From Fidelibacterota bacterium (lineage in GTDB: Bacteria > Fidelibacterota > UBA8477 > JABMPR01): a DNA stretch of 56,985 bases. The notes beneath the pieces were generated by a model. The model was not told the origin of the DNA. It saw nothing but the letters and a program-made list of their open reading frames with translations, and ran no database searches. Of the stretch, positions 49,978-56,985 are shown piece by piece. Position 1 is the first letter of the stretch, and the number at the start of each line of letters is the position of its first letter. A program made the translations under genes and the position numbers. The stretch lies in assembly GCA_021736185.1 (NCBI GenBank), contig JAIPGJ010000004.1, forward strand, positions 1 through 56,985. The letters are read 5' to 3'.

Positions 49978-51552
49978 TTACTTATATGGAACATGTTCTT
50001 GACTAAAATATTCCTTGGTCATTGTCTTCAGTTTTCCAGATAGCAGAATAATGGCCAATAGGTTAGGCAGGGTCATGAAACCCAGTGCTGCATCTCCAAA
50101 TTTCCAGACTGCATCAAGACTGGCGATGCCTCCCAAAAATACAAAGAAAACATAGACTGATCGGTAGGGTAGAATGGCTTTGGGTCCAAATAAGTACTCA
50201 GTGGCTCGATCGCCATAGAAGGACCAACTGATTGCTGTTGAAAGTGCAAAAAGGAGAATAGACAAGGTGATGATTTTATCACCCCAGCCAATCATCCAGG
50301 CCAAACCTTCCTTGAAGGCAAAAGAGGTCAGCAGGCTGCTATTTAAAAGCTCACGTCCATTGAACATGCCTGAAGCCACAATGGAATCTGCCAGTTTTGC
50401 ATCCTGGACACTAATGCGTACAAAAAACTCCGTATGCTCCCAGGCGCCTGTAGAGATGATGACCAGTCCAGTTAAGCTACAGATAAGGATGGTATCAATG
50501 AATGGCCCCAGCATGGCTACAGAGCCCTCACGAACCGGTTGATCGGTCTTGGCAGTGGAATGGGCAATGGCAGCGCTTCCCTGACCTGCCTCGTTGGAAT
50601 ACAATCCTCTTTTAATGCCGTGGAGCATGACCAGCAGAACGCCACCTCCCACGCCACCAGCCATGGCAGGTGGGTTGATAGCCATTTTGAAAATCAAACC
50701 AAAGGCTGTCCCCAGTTGATCAAAATGTGAAAGGAGAATCAGCAGAGAGGCGAACATATAAATTGCAGCCATGAAAGGGGCGAGATATCCCGTTACGTGT
50801 CCGATACGCTTGATCCCACCCAGGATCACCATACCGACAAGGGTAGCCATGAGCAGGCCATTGATGATCTGTTGAATAGAAACCTCAAAACCTTCAAAAA
50901 CGAAATGTTTTAAAGTTAACCAATGCGTGGACCCAACCACTTGAGCCACTTCAGAGTAGATCTGATCTGAGACAGTAAATGACTGGATGGCATTGCCAGT
51001 AGCCATGGAACATATGATGGTAAAGGCAGCAAAGGCCACGGCCAACCAGCGCCAATTGCGACCCAGACCATTTTCAATAGTGTACATGGGTCCGCCAGCC
51101 GTGTTGCCATTAATATCCATTTCTCTATATTTTAGAGAAAGCGTGCTTTCAGCAAACTTCAAGGTGGTACCGAAAAAAGCAGTAATCCACATCCAGAGTA
51201 AGGCTCCGGGACCCCCGTAGTAAATCGCAATCCCCACTCCCGCTATATTTCCAATACCGACAGTGGCTGAAAGGGCAGTGGTCAATGCCCGGAAATGATT
51301 GAGATCGCCGGCATCTTTAGGATTATCAAATTTCCCGGTAGTGACCTGGACACCGTGCCAGAAGCGTTTAATCTGTGGAAATCCAAGATAAATGCTTACA
51401 AAAATACCTGACCCAACCAGGGCCAATACCATAAATGGAACCGGTCTCTGGGATGGAAAGGACCAAATAGCATCAAAGAAATCAACTCCGAATGCATATA
51501 GAAATAATGTGATAGTTGCAAAGGCAAGAATACCGGCCGTCGATCGTTTCAT
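49978..51552 (-). CDS. Alanine/glycine:cation symporter (AGCS)
   Basis: ATVGIGNIAGV, GGPGALLWMW, GGPMY, RGLYSNEAGQGS, PFIDT, PNL. Confidence 0.93.
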   Translation of the reverse strand: MKRSTAGILAFATITLFLYAFGVDFFDAIWSFPSQRPVPFMVLALVGSGIFVSIYLGFPQIKRFWHGVQVTTGKFDNPKDAGDLNHFRALTTALSATVGIGNIAGVGIAIYYGGPGALLWMWITAFFGTTLKFAESTLSLKYREMDINGNTAGGPMYTIENGLGRNWRWLAVAFAAFTIICSMATGNAIQSFTVSDQIYSEVAQVVGSTHWLTLKHFVFEGFEVSIQQIINGLLMATLVGMVILGGIKRIGHVTGYLAPFMAAIYMFASLLILLSHFDQLGTAFGLIFKMAINPPAMAGGVGGGVLLVMLHGIKRGLYSNEAGQGSAAIAHSTAKTDQPVREGSVAMLGPFIDTILICSLTGLVIISTGAWEHTEFFVRISVQDAKLADSIVASGMFNGRELLNSSLLTSFAFKEGLAWMIGWGDKIITLSILLFALSTAISWSFYGDRATEYLFGPKAILPYRSVYVFFVFLGGIASLDAVWKFGDAALGFMTLPNLLAIILLSGKLKTMTKEYFSQEHVPYK

Positions 51553-51713
51553 GGAAAACCCTTCTGTGAATAACAAGTGGTAGTTATTGGTAGCCTTATT
51601 TTAAAGCTGACAGGATGGAGAGAAAGGAAAAAGTTAAGCTAATAATCGATACAATTTTCTTGAAACAATTTGCCAGGGCTACTTTCCATAGAAACTATTC
51701 GTGCAGAGGGAAA

Positions 51714-53042
51714 TCATTTTAACAAGGTGATCTTGATTGCCGTGGTTTGCGAATGCGCGCTCAGCACGGCGTGATAAATGCCGCTACTCACCTCAAATCC
51801 TTGACTATTGGACCCATCCCATACTGAAACATATTCACCAGCATTGAGGTGACCGCTGATCATCCTCGCTACGAGACTGCCCCTGATATCGAAAATATTC
51901 AGACTTACATCAGCTGATTGGTCCAATCTAAAAGGGATAGAAGTAGAAGGATTGAATGGATTAGGATAATTACTGCCCAGAGAAAATCCCGCTGGAACCG
52001 TGCTAAGCGGCTCAGTATCAACAATATCCGGGGAATAGTAAACGACTTGGCTGGGCAGAGCGCCTACATTAAAACTGGCTAATTCCTGTCCTCCAAGTGA
52101 TAGAACAGTGACCAGATCAGGAGCTACAAAATCGCTGGAACCGACAACGATATGGTTGTTCTCTGCAGCATGAGTATAGATGCCAGATACACTACCCAAA
52201 GCCCCAGCGTGATTGAGCGTCAAATCTGCATTGAGAGGAACCAGGGAAGACCCGTAGGTGCGATAAGGTGTTCCATCAATAACATTTAGATCAGCTGTGA
52301 AATTCGTATACAATCCATGATCCAGGCTCACCACCGTGTGATCAGTCAAATTGATCCTGGAGGTGCCGCTAAACGTTTCCCAGGCATCGTTATAATAAAG
52401 TGAAGTCACAAAAAGTTGATCCCCAATTAAGACCACGGCTCCCGGACCATCGATGACATCATAAGCGTGAGTCACCGTGGGCTCGTTGCCCGATAAGTCC
52501 ATACGGAGCACTTTATTCCACGCGGTCCAGTCACTTCTCATGGGAACAGACACAAACATTTCATCATCCCTGATCAGGATTTGTTCGGGCAAGCCTCCCA
52601 TAATAATGGTATCAACAATGGCATAACTATCCATTTCTACAACCAGGAGAGCACCTAAATTCCAGCTACTCACATATCCCAAGCCGGATTCACGATGAAC
52701 TGCCATAAATCGGGGACTTGCATCATGAAGATCAATATCTGCTATATGATTTTCGCGAGACTGCAGATCAACAACTCGTATTTTATGGGAACCATTCATG
52801 ACAATATACAGGGTATGGTCAAACAGGGTTAAAGATTGGGCCACGTCACCCAGGGCATTGCTGGAAGCATTCCATATGAGCGGGCCTTCCAGGGTTTGGA
52901 GCGATTCATCAATTGACCAGAGCGAAGCATTGGCCTGGCCAAAATTACCCTCGCACAAGACATAATATTTTCCAGCATCAAGGGGTGATAGCGTAAGAAT
53001 CAGCAGGTGGGACAAGAATATGAGAGCTTTTGAACGGTTCAC
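51714..53042 (-). CDS. BtuG/YncE-like beta-propeller with C-terminal FlgD-Ig/T9SS-type sorting domain
   Basis: CEGNFGQANASL, LGDVAQS, LYIVMNGS, SPRF; NYPNPFNPST...WDG...VSSGIY; downstream of the btuB-like gene. Confidence 0.8.
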   Translation of the reverse strand: MNRSKALIFLSHLLILTLSPLDAGKYYVLCEGNFGQANASLWSIDESLQTLEGPLIWNASSNALGDVAQSLTLFDHTLYIVMNGSHKIRVVDLQSRENHIADIDLHDASPRFMAVHRESGLGYVSSWNLGALLVVEMDSYAIVDTIIMGGLPEQILIRDDEMFVSVPMRSDWTAWNKVLRMDLSGNEPTVTHAYDVIDGPGAVVLIGDQLFVTSLYYNDAWETFSGTSRINLTDHTVVSLDHGLYTNFTADLNVIDGTPYRTYGSSLVPLNADLTLNHAGALGSVSGIYTHAAENNHIVVGSSDFVAPDLVTVLSLGGQELASFNVGALPSQVVYYSPDIVDTEPLSTVPAGFSLGSNYPNPFNPSTSIPFRLDQSADVSLNIFDIRGSLVARMISGHLNAGEYVSVWDGSNSQGFEVSSGIYHAVLSAHSQTTAIKITLLK

Positions 53043-53066
53043 AAGGAGAGTACCTTTCTAATATGC

Positions 53067-55175
53067 TTAGAGAGAAAGCTTTGTTGAAATTCGATACGCA
53101 CGGCCCGGTTCCGGGTAGCCTTTAATCGTTTCATAAGAGGTGTCATAAAGGTTCTCAGCCGAAAGAATGAGGGTAAGGTGTCCCCGATGTCCAGTCCAGG
53201 TATGAGCGACACTGCCAGACCACAGGCCGGTGCCTTTGATAATAACATCCTCTGGATACCCGTACATGCTGATGCGATCTGATACATAATTATACTGCAT
53301 ATTGATCTCAAATTGTGCAGGTGTCCAGGTAAACCCAAGGGCTGACGTGTGTTGTGGGGCGTACCTTAGAGGCAGGTTCCGGTCGTGATCCCTGGTATGG
53401 ATGAGCGAATAATGAGCAAAAGTGGACAATCCAGTATGGGGCAGCTCCATTTGCCATAGCACTTTGCTGCTTTCCCTGGTAGCAGAATGAACATTGCCCG
53501 GTTGCCAGTATGAAAGCACGGGCATCCACTGGATGAGATTGCTGCTTTCCTTCTTCTGCCATTGGAGATGCAAGGATCCGAAGCTGTGTAGATCGAAGCT
53601 TGATTGTAAGGTCGTCACCGTTGTTTCTTCAGGTTTTAGATCGGGATTGCCACCCGGTTCCCAGTACTGATCATTAAAACTGGGGTACTTATATACCTCT
53701 CCCTGACTGAAAGCGATCCGGTCCAGCGGACCCCAGTGGAAGGGGACGTAAATCTGAAAATCGTTGAGCATTTCAGAGTAAAGATCAGGACTGTAGTGGA
53801 ATTTCAGGGTGGGGGTGATGCGAATGTTTCCCATTATGCGGAGGGTTGGAGCCAGATTGGCATGGAGACTATTTCTGGAATGATTGTCAGTACTGACACT
53901 ACGGATTTCATCCATACGATAGCCCAGGGCCGAACTCAACTCCAATCTCTGGCCTAGGTGACGTTTGTCTTCCAAATTGAGATGATAGCCCCATACGCGA
54001 TGATCGCTGTGAACATTCAAATAAGGATTGGTATACGCTTCCTGGGAATGCCGGAAGGCCATACTGATATGAGTACTGCCCTCCCGACGAATCCATCCCA
54101 GACTGGAACCCAGGAGGGTCAACTGATCATTTCGGTGAGATATGGTGTCTGGTGACCAGAGCAGTCCAGCAACACCGCGAGATTGTTGTGAACTCATGGC
54201 TGTGAGCTGCCAGAAAAGGCTGGGTCTGATTATTTTCCGGAGACTCAATGCAGCAAATTGTTGCTCAAGTTGATTATTTTTGCGATTACTCCGGTTCCCA
54301 TCCCAATGGACAGGATAATTCCCCTCTTCCACTCGTTGACCGGCTTGAAGGGAGAGCCAGAACCCTAAGATCTGAGTTTTTAGATATATATCGTAGGCCC
54401 GATGTCCGAAACTTCCCTGACTGAGGTTTAAGTGGGTTTGTTGATCACCGGTTTTCAGTTGAACCACTCCATCGATACCTCCATCTCCCGATTGGGTGAT
54501 GTCATAGGGGATGTAGCTCATGCTTTTAATGAGGGGGAGCGGTAATTGTGAAAGATCTGCCTCACCGTTCTGAGAAGAACTGATGTCAATACCATTCACC
54601 AGAACCATGGTGTGTGAACTGGGACCTCCATCCATACTCAAGGTGCTGATGCCAGCTGGACCGCCATAGCTCTTGATGGATATCCCTGGAATTCGAGTCA
54701 ATAAATTCCCATGATCATTGGCCGTTGAGCCCTGAGTTCGGGTGTGTTGGCCCATCACCAACAGGGTCCGCAGTGTGGGGGCTTCTGCCTCAACTTCTAC
54801 CGTTCCCATAGAGATAACGTCAGGTCTTAAGTGAATGATTCTCGAAGCATATAATTCGGGGACGGCCAAAACCATTGTTTCGTAACCGATGCGTTGAATG
54901 AGTACAGAATCACTTTCAGACAAAGGATAGTGAGTGCTGAAATAACCATTTTCATCGGAGAGTAGAAATACTTCTGAGTCTTGAAATATGAGAGAAACGT
55001 AGGGAATGATCTGTCCCTGGAGATCAAGGGTCTGCCCCTGCAGGTGGACGGTTTTAAATTCAGATTCTGTGGAATATAGATGTTTGGGAAATGCGGCAAG
55101 AACCAGCAGGGCAACAAAAAAGCCCCGTCTTAAGGTGGGGCTTGCTTTCGAATGTGTCCTGTAAATGAGGCGCAT
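53067..55175 (-). CDS. btuB: TonB-dependent receptor, cobalamin (BtuB-like)
   Basis: Carboxypeptidase-regulatory-like N-domain; plug KSYGG, HT.VLVNG; PSFNDQYW, GNPDLKPE, ENLYD..Y, YPEPGR; preceded by a B12 riboswitch. Confidence 0.85.
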   Translation of the reverse strand: MRLIYRTHSKASPTLRRGFFVALLVLAAFPKHLYSTESEFKTVHLQGQTLDLQGQIIPYVSLIFQDSEVFLLSDENGYFSTHYPLSESDSVLIQRIGYETMVLAVPELYASRIIHLRPDVISMGTVEVEAEAPTLRTLLVMGQHTRTQGSTANDHGNLLTRIPGISIKSYGGPAGISTLSMDGGPSSHTMVLVNGIDISSSQNGEADLSQLPLPLIKSMSYIPYDITQSGDGGIDGVVQLKTGDQQTHLNLSQGSFGHRAYDIYLKTQILGFWLSLQAGQRVEEGNYPVHWDGNRSNRKNNQLEQQFAALSLRKIIRPSLFWQLTAMSSQQSRGVAGLLWSPDTISHRNDQLTLLGSSLGWIRREGSTHISMAFRHSQEAYTNPYLNVHSDHRVWGYHLNLEDKRHLGQRLELSSALGYRMDEIRSVSTDNHSRNSLHANLAPTLRIMGNIRITPTLKFHYSPDLYSEMLNDFQIYVPFHWGPLDRIAFSQGEVYKYPSFNDQYWEPGGNPDLKPEETTVTTLQSSFDLHSFGSLHLQWQKKESSNLIQWMPVLSYWQPGNVHSATRESSKVLWQMELPHTGLSTFAHYSLIHTRDHDRNLPLRYAPQHTSALGFTWTPAQFEINMQYNYVSDRISMYGYPEDVIIKGTGLWSGSVAHTWTGHRGHLTLILSAENLYDTSYETIKGYPEPGRAYRISTKLSL
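55116..55143 (-). terminator. Terminator-like hairpin within the first codons of btuB
   Basis: Minus strand AAGCCCC-ACCTTAAGAC-GGGGCTTTTTT. Confidence 0.65.
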
Positions 55176-55213
55176 TAAACCGGTCCCTTTTCTCGCGAAG
55201 GTTCATGGAAATG

Positions 55214-55352
55214 CTCCCAGTCAAGTATCCTGACTTCCAGATCATCCGCCGCTGATGCCTTCCCTTGAAATCAAAGTGGCCGTTATCAGCATTGTCCCTG
55301 GTTACAGTAGCGCGACTGTGCCCGACTTTCACGGGCTTCCTTGTGCTAGGAG
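55214..55352 (-). ncRNA. Cobalamin riboswitch
   Basis: AAGGAAGCCCGTGAAAGTCGGGCACAGTCGCGCTACTGTAA...GCCACT...GGGAAGG...AAGTCAGGATACTTG; closing stem CTCCTAG/CTGGGAG. Confidence 0.92.
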
Positions 55353-55373
55353 ACGTTTACAAAAATCAGTCTT

Positions 55374-55402
55374 ATGTTATCCGGTGAGATAGGGTTTGTC
55401 AA
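55374..55402 (-). promoter_or_regulatory. Sigma70-type promoter for the riboswitch-btuB transcript
   Basis: TTGACA-17 nt-TAACAT just upstream of the riboswitch. Confidence 0.7.
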
Positions 55403-55453
55403 TTCAATAGTTTGGCAGTTTGGTAGTTTGGAGTGGGAGATTGATTAATATGA

Positions 55454-55481
55454 GTACGGACGTTTTGCAAAACGTCCGTAC
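55454..55481. repeat. Perfect 28-bp palindrome, REP-like
   Basis: GTACGGACGTTTTG/CAAAACGTCCGTAC. Confidence 0.7.
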
Positions 55482-55558
55482 ATCTAAAATCACCAGATCG
55501 ATGCAGCCAAAATATTAAAAAATGCCATCATTTTAATCAGAGCCCGATCAGCAGAGGA

Positions 55559-56701
55559 TCAATACATCACAAATTTAGCGAGGCGACCATCTAAGCCACC
55601 ATTTTTAAGCAGTCTTTTCCATTCAGGGCGCAGGCCAATATTTTTCAGATATTTGCGCTCTCCAAAGTAAATATAGGCTTCGGTTCCAGCGCATTTCTGT
55701 TTGAGCCAATCACCCATATCCTTATAGAATGAGGAAAGATCCTCACCGGCATGCAAACGAATCCCATAGGGAGGATTCATCACCAGAATGGCACCCTTGG
55801 GAATCTCGATTTCCCGATAATCTTTGCGATGAGTGTAAATTTCAGCACCACGTGGTAAGTGAGACAGGTTACGTTTGGCAACTCTCAGAGCACTTGGGTC
55901 CACATCAGAGGCCTGAATGGGTATCTCCTGGGGTGCTTCAAAGGCTCCGTCCATCTCCTTGCGAATTTTTGTCCACAATCCCTTATTAAAATCAGGCATT
56001 TTCATAAAACCGAATCGTTTTCTGAAATAACCTGAGGGGAGATTGGTGAGGGACATATAGGCTTCAGCCGGGAGGGTGCCGGATCCACACATGGGGTCGA
56101 TGAAGGTGGTCTGCCCGCTCCAATTAGTCATTTGAACAATGGCCGCAGCCAGTGTCTCCTGCATGGGTGCTTCCACGGTGTCCAGACGATAGCCCCGGCG
56201 ATGCAGCGAACCACCACTTGTATCCAGACTGATCACGGCCCGGTTGTTCTCAATATGCAGGTTGAACCAGATATCAGGATCTTTTGGTTCAACATTGGGT
56301 CGACGTCCCATTTTATCACGAAATCGATCTGCAATAGCATCTTTTAGCTTGAGTGATGCATATTGTGAATGGGTGATGGCACTATTACTGACCTGGGCAA
56401 AAATAGCAAAGGTTTGTTCAGGGCTAAAAAGGTCTTCCCAGGGAATCTCCATGGCTGTCTTGTACAGGTATTTTGTGGAGTGGCAATCGAATGAGATAAG
56501 CGGAGCCAAGATTCGGGTGAGCAGTCTTGATCCATAATTAATTCGATAGATGGCTTCGGCATCTGCGGTAAACTGCAAGCCTCTGAATCGAAGATTTACG
56601 TTGGTGGCACCCAGTTTTTCAATCTCTGCTGAAGCCATTTCCTCGAGACCATGAGCTACCTGAGCGAAGTAGCTATCCGTTTTCTGATATTGAAAAAGCA
56701 T
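55559..56701 (-). CDS. rlmL: THUMP-domain 23S rRNA methyltransferase (RlmL-type)
   Basis: LKDAIADRF, SLDTSGGSLHRRGYR, APMQETLAA, DPMCGSGT, NPPYG.R, NGGL. Confidence 0.9.
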   Translation of the reverse strand: MLFQYQKTDSYFAQVAHGLEEMASAEIEKLGATNVNLRFRGLQFTADAEAIYRINYGSRLLTRILAPLISFDCHSTKYLYKTAMEIPWEDLFSPEQTFAIFAQVSNSAITHSQYASLKLKDAIADRFRDKMGRRPNVEPKDPDIWFNLHIENNRAVISLDTSGGSLHRRGYRLDTVEAPMQETLAAAIVQMTNWSGQTTFIDPMCGSGTLPAEAYMSLTNLPSGYFRKRFGFMKMPDFNKGLWTKIRKEMDGAFEAPQEIPIQASDVDPSALRVAKRNLSHLPRGAEIYTHRKDYREIEIPKGAILVMNPPYGIRLHAGEDLSSFYKDMGDWLKQKCAGTEAYIYFGERKYLKNIGLRPEWKRLLKNGGLDGRLAKFVMY

Positions 56702-56985
56702 TATTGGTCAGTCCGCTTTTCTTTCCGCGACTGGGAAAGACGTTTGTTGGGATCTAGCTCCATCTTGCGGATACGAATATTTTCAGGCGTAATTTCAACC
56801 AGTTCATTCTCAGAGATAAATTCTATAGCCTCATCCAGAGTAAGCAAATGAGGTTTCCGCAGCGTGACAGTTTGATCCGCATTGGCGCTACGCATATTGG
56901 TCAGTTTCTTTTCACGCGTAATATTCACATCCAGATCGCCTGGACGATTGCGCTCGCCAATCACCATGCCGGCGTATACCTGGGT
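56701..56985 (-). CDS. typA: Translational GTPase TypA/BipA, 3' fragment
   Basis: VYAGMVIGE, DLDVNITREKKLTNMRS, LDEAIEFI..NELVEITP.NIRIRK. Confidence 0.95.
   Translation of the reverse strand, partial: TQVYAGMVIGERNRPGDLDVNITREKKLTNMRSANADQTVTLRKPHLLTLDEAIEFISENELVEITPENIRIRKMELDPNKRLSQSRKEKRTDQ

Noticed and set aside
55060-55332. 90-aa ORF upstream of btuB
   Set aside because: It coincides with the cobalamin riboswitch

Overview
About 57 kb of core-genome-like bacterial DNA using the standard code. Gene content suggests an FCB-group anaerobe or facultative anaerobe, possibly Marinimicrobia-like (inference): eukaryote-type citrate synthase, a C-terminal NYPNPFNPST sorting domain, a TonB receptor and 2-oxoacid:ferredoxin oxidoreductase. 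It carries a photolyase, tRNA-Asp, mltG-pcrA, a Fur-feoA-feoB iron operon, an OPT-add-DsrE operon, and amino-acid catabolism genes (putP, pruA, gdhA, ald-like, CoA-transferase, VOR subunits, AGCS symporter). It also has a PerR-like regulator with a perfect operator and a cobalamin riboswitch-controlled btuB/btuG-like pair. No CRISPR array, transposase or prophage was seen. The most unusual part is 26-44 kb: a 1.5-kaa acyl-CoA ligase/kinase-like/GNAT fusion, gdhA with a triplicated terminator unit, a Cys-rich FMN-barrel protein, and a receiver/PPDK-N protein. gdhA and the ald-like operon share a variant sigma54-like motif (TGGCAC-N5-TTGTCTC). Other candidates are an ICMT/PEMT-PlsC lipid-enzyme fusion, an sRNA with promoter, C-rich loop and terminator, and a terminator inside the btuB signal-peptide codons. 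All product calls come from motif recognition, not database searches.
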